A DNA stretch of 63,286 nt from Octopus bimaculoides (GCF_001194135.2 NC_069010.1:9267112-9330397), one strand, 5' to 3'; positions 25,106 through 38,426 are shown, counted from the first letter of the stretch. Numbers and translations are program-made. The notes: generated by a model from the letters alone, not told the origin.

Positions 25106-25290
25106 ACAACGCAACCAAGCGACAACGCAGAGCTGTTTGTCAAGGTTTGCAAATTGATGGTTGAAACATGTCTCCCCAGTGGCGAACCTGACCTCTTCAA
25201 CTCCTCCTCCCACTACTACAACAACTACAACAACAACAACAACAACAACATTACCAACTTCAACAACAACCTCAACAACAACAACAACAG

Positions 25291-25321
<31 letters not shown>

Positions 25322-25570
25322 CTTGCCATCGTGTCCAACCTGAATTTGTCAAGCTCCATGTCTAACCTGAGCGTGGGAAGTTTACACTCACCGACGGAGA
25401 AGGACTCAACGCTTGACGCTTATGTTTTTTCTGGCTCATGCTCTCTCAACAATGGCAGCCGTATGCGTCATGTGTCAGCGAACAATGTCTCCAGTAAGGT
25501 GACTCGGTCGGGTAGTTTGAAACGAATGGATAGTGTTGGGAAGAGGCACGCTTCATTCCAACATGATTGA
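25106..25570 (+). CDS. NF1: Neurofibromin last coding exon (window exon 11), with poly-Asn/Ser tract; stop TGA 25568-25570
   Basis: pyrimidine tract + ttgcag acceptor, phase 0; TTQPSDNAELFVKVCKLMVETCLP, NLNLSSSMSNLS, RHVSA and RSGSLKR parallel NF1 AELIVKFLDALIDTYLP, NLNLSNSMTSL, RHGSA and RSAGSFKR. Confidence 0.92.
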
Positions 25571-25849
25571 ATGGGAGAAGAAAAAAAAACTGCAATGAGA
25601 AGAAGGGAAAAAAAACAAAAAGAAAAAGGGGGTTTTTTTCTGTTGGGAGGGGGGGGNNNNNNNNNNTGAAAGTAAAACAAAAAAAACAAAAACTATGTGA
25701 AATAGAAAAAAAAAAGAAAATGAAATATTTTCAACAGAATTAGAAAAAAAAATTTTAATTTTACAAAAATAAACAATAAAAATGAGAACAAGAAAAATTA
25801 TACGAAATTTATGAAAGGGAAAGGATTTTGAGTTGAGAAGAAGAAGAAA

Positions 25850-26061
25850 AAAAACGCAAACTTATGTATATATGTATATACATGCATATGCATACACGTG
25901 TGTGTATGTATATATATATATATACATATATATATATACACATACACATATATGTATGTATATACTTACACACATATATATGTATATAGATCTTTCTGTG
26001 TGTATGTGTGTGTAAATATGAGTGTGTGGGCATGTGTGTCTGTGGATACCTATGGATTTGC

Positions 26062-26108
<47 letters not shown>

Positions 26109-26437
26109 GTATGTATGTATATATATACATATGTATACATATATATATATATGCATGTATAAAAAGATATATATATACATGTGTATGTGTGTGTATGTAT
26201 ATATATGTGTGTGTGTTTGTGAATGTGTGTATATACATATATGCATGTATACCTGTGTCTGTGTATATAAATATTTTTACACATGTATACATTTACATAT
26301 ATATATGTATACACACACACACACATACATATATATATACATATATTTGCACACAAATATATACTTAGGTCTATATATCATCTATATCTATAATATATAT
26401 GGGTGTGTGTATATTCATAAGATTACATATGTACATG

Positions 26438-26507
<70 letters not shown>

Positions 26508-26560
26508 GCATATATATGTGTGTGTGTGTGTATATAAATGTATATATAAATAAGGAGAAC
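25850..26560. repeat. Compound AT/GT/AC microsatellite field downstream of the NF1 stop
   Basis: about 700 nt of alternating purine-pyrimidine sequence. Confidence 0.95.
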
Positions 26561-26966
26561 AATAATTATGTTAACCCTGGAAATTATCTTGATAATGCTT
26601 GTAATATTTATAATGTTATTACTGCAAATGATGGTTTTGATGATGATGATGATGATGATTGTGTTAGTGGTGATGGTCATGGTGTTTGGTTGAATAGGTT
26701 ATGGACAAGCTGTGGGGCAGGCCGGCCACTTTAAAAAGGAAAAAAGAAAGAAATCTCTTGTTTTGCGGCACATTGTATGTAGTTGTGCCTCGACACATGC
26801 CCCTCCTGTGCGGCTCCTGTGGTGGAGTCTGTTGGGTCAGGTCTGCCCCCCCACCTCTCTTCCGCAAGACATCCGTGTATTTTCTCTCTCTGCCACCTTC
26901 CCTCCCAAGCTCTATACCTCGTTGTTGTTGACGTTGTTGTTGTTGTTGTTATTATCATTATTATTA

Positions 26967-26998
<32 letters not shown>

Positions 26999-27989
26999 GT
27001 TTTTATTGGTATTGTTATCATCCCTTGATATCAGTATTGCTGACGACGACGATGATGATGGTTTAGAAAGACAAAAGTGTAATACTATAAAATAAAGGTG
27101 GGTGGGGAGTGAGAGAGAGAGGAAGGAAAAATGAACGTATAAATTAGATTTCAAATTAAAATAAGATTAAGGTTATTATTTTTATTATTATTATTATTAT
27201 TATAGATGTTATGTTACCATTACATTCACACCCGTCCCCATTCTGCCAGGACAGTCACTACTCCCCCCACAACTCTCGCAGAATTATAAAGTCAAGAGAA
27301 AAGAGGAAAAATTTTACTATAGTATAAAATAGTATTTTGGTTATGATGATTATTATTATTATATATATATTCATATATATATTCATATGTGTATTCATAT
27401 ATATATATATGTGTGTGTGTGTGTGCTTTATTTGTGGGTTAACAAAGCAACTGATGGTTTCACGTGCAGAGATCTTCAACAATTGTGAAGATCTTAGAAT
27501 ATGAAACTATTGGTTGCCTATTTATCCACCAATGCGGTGTTGAGTACTCATTCTCACTGCTTGATATTAGTGTGTGTGTGTATATTATATATAAACACGC
27601 ACACAAATAAATGTAGAAACACGATAGAGTGCTCAACAGACAGCTGCGACATTAAATATTGTTGTTAAGAGTTTCTAAGTGAGATCTGCTTTACCTTTTG
27701 TTTGTCTGTACAGTTGTTAAGCTTTTAACTCCTGCAGAAGCATGTGGCAAAAGACTGATAGAAATGTGTGTGTGTATATTTATTTTTATGTGTATATGTG
27801 TGCATACATCTGTTGTTTCTGTTATGTGCTGCATCAATGGATGCGTGTATGAAGAATGAACAGCCTACCTTTGTCTTTGTTTGGAATCTGTAAACATTCT
27901 GAAGCCGAAGACCCAAAGCTTCCATCCTGATTCTGGAGAGATGTCAATCCCAGTTTCAATCCATCTTTAAATGCTGTTGGCTGTTATTG

Positions 27990-28690
27990 TTGTACGCTTG
28001 GATGTTTTTAGTTTTTATAATATTTTATTGCAAACAAGGCTTAAGGGATTCAAAGAAGGAAAAGAAGGGACCTACAAATTGTAAAGGTGTCAACTGACAG
28101 AAAACTTACAGGAGTGAATATCGTAGAACAGAGGGAAATGAGACGACGGTTGTGAATGGGAGGGAGCAGAAGGAAAGGTCTTCCGACTCACAGGAAGTTC
28201 AGCAGAGAAACAAAGTCCCTGGAAAAAGTGATGAGTGACATGAAGGTGTTGACAGAGGGGGCTGGACCAGACAGCTCATCAAAAAAGGACCTTGGAAGTA
28301 CTTGTTATAGAAAAGGCACAATGAAAACACATTTCAAAGATGAACCAAAGACTTATTAGAAAGGGAATTCATCGTGTTAACAACTTAATTCTAGATTAGT
28401 GATCAAAAGAATGGTAGGGAGTTCCAGAAAGCAGTAGTTTGAAGAAAGAAAGAAGCTTTTAGAATCAAAGAACTTATGACTAACAGGAAGCTCAACAGAG
28501 AAACGATGTACCTGGGAAGAGGACCATGGCTGACATGTTTAAAGGTGTTGACAGAGGGCAATGGACGAGAAAGTTCTTCAGAACAATAACCATGGAAGTA
28601 TTTATAGCAAAGACATAACGCAGATACATTTTGACGATGAACCAAAGAATTAGAAGAAAGACGACCTCACAAACATAATTTGATTCTGAA
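27990..28690 (-). mobile_element. Decayed L2/CR1-group LINE 3' fragment with an internal tandem duplication
   Basis: CYKYFHGYCSEELSRPLP ... SFFLQTTAFWNSLP resembles LFYRYYHG.CS.EL...SFFPRT..LWNSLP; ggtgttgacagaggg and gatgaaccaaaga each occur twice. Confidence 0.65.
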
Positions 28691-29714
28691 TTCATCTCGG
28701 AGCCCTTTTATTTGCTCCTTTCCTCTTTTACAGTGTGCATGTGTATCACTATAAGCATGAAAGTGTGTACCTGGATCTGTTAGCTAGGTAGGTGTGCTTA
28801 TCAAATCCTTTCCTTCTCCTCTCGCCTATTCCTATGTCACTCACAATCCTACCATCTCATAACTTTAGCATCCTTCATTCTGTGATATCAACTATGTGAC
28901 ACTTAATTTACATACGGAGATATATTAGGGCATGCATGTTTCTCCACATGCTGATAATAGTGAGGGGGGAGATATTACATAATGTAGTTGACTTACTATA
29001 TTACGCAATAATTATAAACCACTTGCTGAAACACTTGTAAAATACCAGTTATATTTTCGGTGTTAATCATTACTATAATGTGGCTGTAATTCCACACGGT
29101 AGCTTATATGGAGATTTGTTGGTAATCAGCAAAACATGTTGAGTGTAGAAATGGAATGTGGAACTATCTAGACATTTTGGTTAATATGTTGCACCTAATG
29201 ACACGTATATATATATACGTGTGTGTGTGTGTGTGATACATATATACATGTGTGTGTGTATGTATAAAGTGCAAAAAAAAATGGCATCTGTTGCAATTTC
29301 CTCTGTTCGTTGAGAGGATGTGTATATATATAAACGTAAAATATATGCATATGTCTGACACAACTGAAAAACCTTGTTACATACAACAGCAGCAACAACA
29401 ACAACAACATTGTGTTGTCTTTACAATGTTTCCCCTGCTACCCTGCCAGCTATGGACAGTGGGGTGTGTATGTAACCACAGGTATGTATATATGCATATT
29501 TCTCTGTGTGTGTGTGTGTGTATGTATCTATGTGTATATAAGTAAACCTCTGTGTGTATGTGTGCATAAAAACAAAGATTGAAATCTGGTCAGTTTTTTC
29601 TAATTCCAAATTAGTGACACGTTTCATTACAGAATAGGAAATGCGTTATGAATATTACAATATTAATAATTATGATAATAATAATAATAATAATAATAAT
29701 AGTAAGACAGCAAG

Positions 29715-29880
29715 ATGGCAGAACCATTAGCATGCCAGGCAAAATGTTCACTGGCATTTCGTCCACCATTACATTCTGAGTTCAAATTCCACGAAGGTCA
29801 ACTTGGCTTTTCATATTTTCAGGGTCGACAAAATAAGTACCAGTTGAAAATTGGGGTCAATGTGATCGACTTAGCCCCCT
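29715..29880 (+). mobile_element. SINE family B, running into a gap
   Basis: tggcagaaccattagc..gagttcaaattcc..ggtcgacaaaataagtaccagttg. Confidence 0.8.
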
Positions 29881-30498
29881 NNNNNNNNNNNNNNNNNNNN
29901 NNNNNNNNNNNNNNNNNNNNNNNNNNNNNNNNNNNNNNNNNNNNNNNNNNNNNNNNNNNNNNNNNNNNNNNNNNNNNNNNNNNNNNNNNNNNNNNNNNNN
30001 NNNNNNNNNNNNNNNNNNNNNNNNNNNNNNNNNNNNNNNNNNNNNNNNNNNNNNNNNNNNNNNNNNNNNNNNNNNNNNNNNNNNNNNNNNNNNNNNNNNN
30101 NNNNNNNNNNNNNNNNNNNNNNNNNNNNNNNNNNNNNNNNNNNNNNNNNNNNNNNNNNNNNNNNNNNNNNNNNNNNNNNNNNNNNNNNNNNNNNNNNNNN
30201 NNNNNNNNNNNNNNNNNNNNNNNNNNNNNNNNNNNNNNNNNNNNNNNNNNNNNNNNNNNNNNNNNNNNNNNNNNNNNNNNNNNNNNNNNNNNNNNNNNNN
30301 NNNNNNNNNNNNNNNNNNNNNNNNNNNNNNNNNNNNNNNNNNNNNNNNNNNNNNNNNNNNNNNNNNNNNNNNNNNNNNNNNNNNNNNNNNNNNNNNNNNN
30401 NNNNNNNNNNNNNNNNNNNNNNNNNNNNNNNNNNNNNNNNNNNNNNNNNNNNNNNNNNNNNNNNNNNNNNNNNNNNNNNNNNNNNNNNNNNNNNNNNN

Positions 30499-30544
<46 letters not shown>

Positions 30545-31761
30545 TTGTCTGTGCGTGTGTATATATATGTATATGTGTGTGTGTGTGTGTATATATATGT
30601 ATGTATGTATGTATATTATACACACTGGTAGCACACACACAAACACACACACCGAATAGTGTTATCCTATTTTGCTGTTGTTGTTCTTTTTGGATTCTCA
30701 ATACTGCTGTTGATCATTATTATTATTGTTATTCATTATTACTATTATTGATATTTATTATCATTATTATTATCATTGTTGTTGTCATTATTATTATTAT
30801 TATTAGTTTCTATTTTTGTTATGGTTTTACTACTATTACTACTACTACTACTGCTGCTGCTGCACCCCCACCCCCGCCGCCCCNNNNNNNNNNNNNNNNN
30901 NNNNNNNNNNNNNNNNNNNNNNNNNNNNNNNNNNNNNNNNNNNNNNNNNNNNNNNNNNNNNNNNNNNNNNNNNNNNNNNNNNNNNNNNNNNNNNNNNNNN
31001 NNNNNNNNNNNNNNNNNNNNNNNNNNNNNNNNNNNNNNNNNNNNNNNNNNNNNNNNNNNNNNNNNNNNNNNNNNNNNNNNNNNNNNNNNNNNNNNNNNNN
31101 NNNNNNNNNNNNNNNNNNNNNNNNNNNNNNNNNNNNNNNNNNNNNNNNNNNNNNNNNNNNNNNNNNNNNNNNNNNNNNNNNNNNNNNNNNNNNNNNNNNN
31201 NNNNNNNNNNNNNNNNNNNNNNNNNNNNNNNNNNNNNNNNNNNNNNNNNNNNNNNNNNNNNNNNNNNNNNNNNNNNNNNNNNNNNNNNNNNNNNNNNNNN
31301 NNNNNNNNNNNNNNNNNNNNNNNNNNNNNNNNNNNNNNNNNNNNNNNNNNNNNNNNNNNNNNNNNNNNNNNNNNNNNNNNNNNNNNNNNNNNNNNNNNNN
31401 NNNNNNNNNNNNNNNNNNNNNNNNNNNNNNNNNNNNNNNNNNNNNNNNNNNNNNNNNNNNNNNNNNNNNNNNNNNNNNNNNNNNNNNNNNNNNNNNNNNN
31501 NNNNNNNNNNNNNNNNNNNNNNNNNNNNNNNNNNNNNNNNNNNNNNNNNNNNNNNNNNNNNNNNNNNNNNNNNNNNNNNNNNNNNNNNNNNNNNNNNNNN
31601 NNNNNNNNNNNNNNNNNNNNNNNNNNNNNNNNNNNNNNNNNNNNNNNNNNNNNNNNNNNNNNNNNNNNNNNNNNNNNNNNNNNNNNNNNNNNNNNNNNNN
31701 NNNNNNNNNNNNNNNNNNNNNTTTCAAGCCTTTTGCCTATCGTAGAAAGTATTACTATTAT

Positions 31762-32060
31762 GGTGGTGACAAGCTTGCAAAATCGTTAGTACTCTGGTTG
31801 AAAGGATTAGCGCCATTTTGTCCGTCTCTGTGTTCTGAGTTCAAATTCCGCTGAAGTCAACTTTGCTTTTCATCCTTTCAGGGTCGATAAACTAAGTGCC
31901 AGTCAAGTACTGGGGTCGATGTAATTGACTAGCTCCCTCCCCCAAATTTCAGTAGAGAGGATTATTATTATTATTATTATTATTAAGGTGACGAGCTGGC
32001 AGAATCGTTAGCAATGCCAAACAAAATGCTTTGCGGCATTTCGTCCATCTTTATGTTTCG
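31762..32060 (+). mobile_element. SINE family B, one copy plus a partial second head
   Basis: ggtgacaagcttgcaaaatcgttag..gagttcaaattccgctgaagtcaactttgcttttcatcctttcagggtcgataaac; second ggtgacgagctggcagaatcgttagc at about 31986. Confidence 0.8.
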
Positions 32061-32564
32061 TTGTTGTTGTTATTCTAAATGACGATTTTATTAGGGCAGT
32101 GGTTGGCAGGTTCTGTCGTGAGGTGGGGGGAAATGCCTTGCACCAAATACTTCAGGGTCTGAGTTGAAATCCCATCAGGTCAAGTTTGCCAGTCTTTAAT
32201 CCAGGGGTCATGATATATATATATATATATATAGATATATATATAGTGCTTAGAGGTCGGTTGAATGTCTTGCCTCTCCCCCACATTTCCCCTCCCCTCC
32301 AATTTCTGGCCTTGGGCCTATGTTAGACAATATTACTGTTATTGTTATTTTTCAAATTATTATTGCCCTATTTTCATATACACATGCATATAATATTTAT
32401 ATATATATATATATATACATACGTGTGGATGTGTGTGTGTGTGTGTAGTGGATCTCCTTGTGGCTAATGCTACGCATTTTGATTCATTCAAATGTGAGTG
32501 CGGATTTCCACAGAAATAATCTGTAATTATTTAATTACTTTGATAAATCGAAATAATTTAGAGT

Positions 32565-32617
<53 letters not shown>

Positions 32618-32770
32618 TACATATATGTTATGTATACTCATATATATTTATACGTATGTACATTTATGTGTAATTACATGTGTGTCTGTATATGTGCATA
32701 TATGTATATATATATGTATGTATATTCAGCTGTTTCATACATCACTTGTACATACAAACACATACATACA

Positions 32771-32801
<31 letters not shown>

Positions 32802-33547
32802 GTATATGTGTGTGTGTGTGTGTATATATGTATATATAATTGGATTTTAGAAATATATTAAAATATGCGTGTGTGGAATGTGTATATGTGTGAGTGCAGT
32901 GTTGTTAATGTTAATAATTAATGTTGATTAACGATTATTGTTAACGCTGATAATATGTTTGTTACAAGATGATCTTGATAATAATGTTAATGATGTTAAT
33001 AATGATGATGATAATGATAATAATGGTGATGATGATGATAAATAATGATTTCTGATAATGTTAATTAATAATTATGATGATGAAGATTATGATAATGATG
33101 ATGATGATAAATTTTTCAGTTATATTAAATGGGAAAAAATAAATAAATATACTTTAAAAAAAAAGAAAATTTTTAAAAAAAATATGTACATGAAATAAAA
33201 AAAAATTTACAGAAACTAAAATTATAATAATAATAATGATAATAATAATGATGATGATGATGATAATAATAATTTTAAAAAATTGTATATCTCTATTTTT
33301 CTCTGGTATTGAATGGATGTTATCGACATATATACACAAGCAAAACACTAATATATACATACATGACATATATATATATACACAAGAAGAAGAAGAAGAA
33401 GAAGGAGATTAAAAGACTCGAGACATTTTAATAAAAAATATTTGGTCAAAGAAATTCAATTTGAAAAAGTGAAAAATTGTTAGAAAAAAATGATAAATAA
33501 AATTTTAAAATAAACACGTTTTTTTAATTTTTTTAATCTTTTATGTT

Positions 33548-33905
33548 TTGTTTTGGTCATTGGACTGCAGCCATGCTGGAGTGCTTCCTTGAAGGGCTTT
33601 TATTGAAATTGACTCTGATCCTTTTTTTTCTTTTTCTTTTTAGGCTTGTACTTATTATATCAGTCCCTTTTGCCAAACTGCTAAGTTACGAGGGACATAG
33701 ACACACCAACACCAGTTATCAAGCGATCGTGGGAGATGCAGATATATATGTGTGTGTGTAGTGAGCTTCTTTCAGTTTCCATCTATTGAATCTACTCACA
33801 AGGCCCGAGACAATAGGGGAAAACACCTGCCTGAGGGGCCACGGAGTGGGATTGAACCCAGAACCCTGCAGTTTGTAAGCAAACTTCTTACCACACAGTC
33901 ACGCC
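33548..33905 (-). mobile_element. SINE family A, near full length
   Basis: ttttggtcattggactgcagccatgctggag ... ggagtgggattgaacccagaacc...aaacttcttaccacacagtcacgcct. Confidence 0.8.
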
Positions 33906-34243
33906 TTGTTTATTTCTGTATCTTTTATGTTTTTACCTGTTTTGGTAATTGGGCCATACTGGGGCACAACCATGAAGTGTCATTTTAGTGGAGAGAAAAT
34001 GAGATAATCAATGCTCTACGTATATGGTAATGCTTTTCTGTGTGAATATATATTTGAATCTGATGAAGCTATAGAGTGATACACAAGCACTCAGCTATGT
34101 GTGCAGAGTTTCTGATAGCAGAAACAGGTGTGAGCAGATGACATTGATTACATTATTTTTTGGTTCTTTTGTCATTTATCATTTATCAATTTCTAATGCA
34201 GGTACATGACTCTGCTGTCTCCTGTCCCAGGGTCTCACGAGCC

Positions 34244-34324
34244 CACACCCTCAGGGTTGGCACTCTCAATGTCGGCACACTGAAAGGTAGGTCTGGTGAG
34301 ATTGTTGAGATGCTTGAACGGAGA
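34244..34324 (+). mobile_element. RTE LINE endonuclease N-terminal fragment
   Basis: HTLRVGTLNVGTLKGRSGEIVEMLERR, the typical start of an RTE AP endonuclease; truncated at a microsatellite. Confidence 0.75.
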
Positions 34325-34716
34325 TAGAAAAAATCCATGTAGCTAAGAATATATATATATATATATACACACACAAATAAAATAATAACAGGTGAAGTGA
34401 CGCATGTCCATTGGTTGTTATTTATTTTATTTCTTCGTGACACACACCACTGAAATCCCGACCCATCAGATATTCTGGAGTATACCAAATAGCATACGTA
34501 ACCAATACAAACACTTTCGGATTACTCTGTAGGCTGTCAAAATACTCATAAGAGCTAAATTCTTTGTATGAATAACCTGACTGTTTCACTGGATGTACTT
34601 CGGTACACATCATACTTATTTGACTAAAGACTAAAGGTAGTGTTCACAAGTCATTTCAGCTCATCCTGGAGCCTATCCTTCAGGTGTGTGAATCCTTTGA
34701 ATCTTTAATATAGCAT

Positions 34717-35060
34717 ATCATCATCATCATCATCATCATCGTCGTTTAACGTCCGCTTTCCATGCTAGCATGGGTTGGACGATTTGACTGAGGACTAGTG
34801 AAACCAGATGGCTACACCAGGCTCCAATCTGATTTGGCAGAGTTTCTACAGCTGGATGCCCTTCCTAACGCCAACCACTAGTGGGTGCTTTTACGTGTCA
34901 CCCACACGAAGACCAGTCAGGCGGTACTGGCAACGGCCACGCTCAAAATAGTGTATTTTATGTGCCAACTGCACAAGAGCCAGTCCAGGGGCACTGGCAA
35001 CGATCTCGCTCGAAAGTCCTTACACATGCCGCAGGCACAAGTGCCAGAAAGGCGACACTG
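34717..35060 (-). mobile_element. 5'-truncated RTE 3' end
   Basis: same (cat)n tail and UTR modules as 9684-10132. Confidence 0.9.
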
Positions 35061-35138
35061 GATTTTTTAGAAAAGGTTATACAACACTAATGTGAAAGCA
35101 AAATATAAAGTGTTGTTCAGTTAGTGTTGAAAAATAGA

Positions 35139-35172
<34 letters not shown>

Positions 35173-35874
35173 GTATATACACACATACACATGCACAAAT
35201 ACATACAGAAGAATGTCTATTTTGTATATATGGATACATACACAAAAAACTCCAGCCCAAAATACACACAGCTTCATGTTAGAGATGACATTAACATAGC
35301 AGAGCAATGACAACTTCTGCAAAATGAATTTCTGGGTGTAATATGGAAATCTCAGTCTTAATCACCAGGATTAGGGTTTATGTGTGGATATATATATATA
35401 TATGTATATATGTTTACACACCTATATGTATATGAACATATGCAAATATACATACATACACACACATATATTGATACATACAACATGTATGTATATATGT
35501 GTGTATATGCATATGTCAAAGACTTCTTCCAATTTCCCTGACCATCATCCCCAATACACCCGGTTCGTTTTCTAACTAATCTTCATGTTTTTTCTCATTT
35601 GGTTTAGAATATCTGGCAATCTTCCTATCCTTCATTTATTTGCTCCCATCTGGGCTACGAAAGGTCTTTGTATATTTTTGTTGGTCATATCGAATTTTTA
35701 TTTCACGAAGAGTTTCTTTGTTTTTGTCTTTGGAATTAATTAGACTCCCCCAAAATTTGTAGAATGTATATTTGGTTCCTTACCAACTTGGATTATGAAT
35801 TAAAGTTCGTCTATACTTACAGTTTTTCCTTTCCCTATACTTCATTTTATATATGTATATATATCAATATATGT

Positions 35875-36037
35875 ACTCTCTGAGTGGTTGGCGTTAGGAA
35901 GGGCATCCAGCTGTAGAAACTCTGCCAAATCAGACTGGAGCCTGGTGTTGCCATCCGGTTTCACCAGTCCTCAGTCAAATCGTCCAACCCATGCTAGCAT
36001 GGAAAGCGGACGTTAAACGATGATGATGATGATGATG

Positions 36038-36038
<1 letters not shown>
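35875..36038 (+). mobile_element. Short RTE 3' end with (GAT)n tail
   Basis: actctctgagtggttggcgttaggaagggcatcc...ggaaagcggacgttaaacgatgatg. Confidence 0.9.
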
Positions 36039-36106
<68 letters not shown>

Positions 36107-36136
36107 TTGATATACATATATATATATTGATAAATG

Positions 36137-36462
36137 CAGGAGTGGCTGTGTGGTAACTTGCTTACGAACCACATGGTTCCAGGTTCAATCCTACTGCATG
36201 GCACCCTGGACAAGTGTCTTCTACTATAGCCTCAGGCTAACCAAATCCTTGTGAGTGGATTTAGTAGACGGAAACTGAAAGAAGCCCGTTGTATATATAC
36301 ATACATACATGTGTGTTTGTGTCTGTGTTTGTCCTCCCCACTATCGCTTGACAACCGATGCTCGTGTGTTTACGCCCCTGTAACTTAGCGGTTCGGCAAA
36401 AGAGACCTATAGAATAAGTACTAGGTTTACAAAGACTATGTCCTGGGGTCGATTCGTTCAAC
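36137..36462 (+). mobile_element. SINE family A
   Basis: caggagtggctgtgtggtaa..ggttccaggttcaatcc (A/B-box-like), core, tail to gtcctggggtcgattcgttcaactaaa. Confidence 0.88.
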
Positions 36463-36464
36463 TA

Positions 36465-36635
36465 AAAGGTGTCTGAATTTCAAAGAGGTCGTATTGTGGG
36501 TCAATCTGAAGGTGGACATAGTCAGCGTAAAATCGCAGAAAACCTTGGGAACCCACGGAAGAGAATATTCGTCATCTGTGCCTAATAGGGTCCTTGCATT
36601 GAAAAATAAAAAGGGGGCATGTCTACTAAATATTA
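36465..36635 (+). mobile_element. Internally deleted Tc1-like transposase remnant
   Basis: [27 protein letters not shown] (N-terminal HTH) joined to [17 protein letters not shown] (Tc1 C-terminus MPRR..A.I.AKGG.TKY*). Confidence 0.7.
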
Positions 36636-36832
36636 ACATTCAAAGAGCATGTTCACATTATAACAACTAACAAATAATTTGAATGTATAATTTCAGATTT
36701 ACATAAATTTTAATGATTATAAGGGTGTCTATTTACTTCTTTCATGTCTGTGTATTTGTATGTATGTATATATATATATACATATATATAGAGAGAGAAA
36801 GATATATATAATAGAGAGACAGAGAGAAAAAG

Positions 36833-36884
<52 letters not shown>

Positions 36885-38074
36885 ATATATATATAATAGA
36901 GAAAGAGAGGGAAAAAAAAAAGAGATATACATCTATTTATATTAATTCTTACTCATTTGCTCCCATATCCGTTATAGTCATTGTAATGATGGCAAACATG
37001 ATAACGATGATGATTATAATGATGTTAGTTTGTAGATAACCCACAGTGATAACGATGTGACTTTAAGGACAAACAATTTACTCAGTAATTCTATTTTTAT
37101 CGCAAATCTTTGCTTCTCTGTTGGTTGTCGCCGCAAAGAGGATCTGGGAAATCTGTGAAAAGCCCGAAAAGAATCTTTGTCCGGAAGTCTCGGCACGGAT
37201 GTGGTTTGTTTTCTGTCCGCAACTTGAAAGAAAATTCCTAAACACTTCTCAGCTTTTAACATTAGATAAAGGAAAATAAGAATCTCTTAATTACAAGATC
37301 ATTAAACATAGGTGGCAGTGGTGGTGGTGGTGGTAGTGTAGGGGACATTACGGGTGATTATGGTGATAATGAAAGGTGGTGGTGGTGGTGGTGGTGGTAG
37401 TGGTGCGGTGTAGCATAGCTTATGTCGGGAATGGATTGGCAGAGAAGAACTTCAAGACAACCCAGAGTCTCATCCTGTCATCTTGATGGTAGATGGGTGG
37501 GTCATGGAGGGAACTGGATTTCTGATAAGTCTAAAAAAGACATCCTAAAAAAAGACCTGGGGTAAAAATAAACGAACAGAAAAAACGCAAAAACGGTGAA
37601 TGAAAAATTAACTGGTATCAATAAGTGACAATAAATCCTGTTGAGTGATGTCAAAGATATGAAGGAAGGTTGGGTGATTGAGGAAAACCTTGCTTCATTC
37701 ACTGCCACCGGGATGTTTGTGTGTGTAAATCTGTGTGTATATATAGAGAGGCCCGAAGTTGTTCAGTAAGCATTTAAACGAAGAGAATCTCAGAGAAAGG
37801 AATAACAAATATCATCAAATCTTTACAAAATCTTTGAAGCTTTAGAGGCAGATACAACGTGAAGAAACTCAAATTGTAATATATATTTATATACACACTA
37901 TTTCATTTATATATATATACATAGGCTTGTGTAGATATAAACCCTTATATACATCAAGCAGAGACAAATCTCTAAGATCACAAATCGAGACAAGAGTGAA
38001 ACAGACTTAAATTTGAAAAAACGGTAAGACATATAAATATATATATATTACTTTTAATTTTTATCTTTTCCTTG

Positions 38075-38302
38075 TTTCAGTCATTTGAGTATGCTGATTC
38101 TGGAACACTAGTTTCAAGAACTTTTAGTCGAATGAATCAACATCAGTACTTCCCTTTCTTTTGTTCTTTTTAAGTCTGGGGATGTAAACACACCAACACT
38201 GGTTGTCAAGCGGTAGTGGGGTTAGACACAAACAAAGAGACACACACATAGTTATACATATATATATGCATATAAACATACACACACACACGTATATATA
38301 TA

Positions 38303-38345
<43 letters not shown>

Positions 38346-38346
38346 G

Positions 38347-38386
<40 letters not shown>

Positions 38387-38388
38387 TG

Positions 38389-38426
<38 letters not shown>

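Noticed and set aside
29715-31854. 275-425 aa ORFs (also 47384-47957, 52474-53017, 56824-57413, 58132-59504)
   Set aside because: They run through N gaps and are open only because X is not a stop
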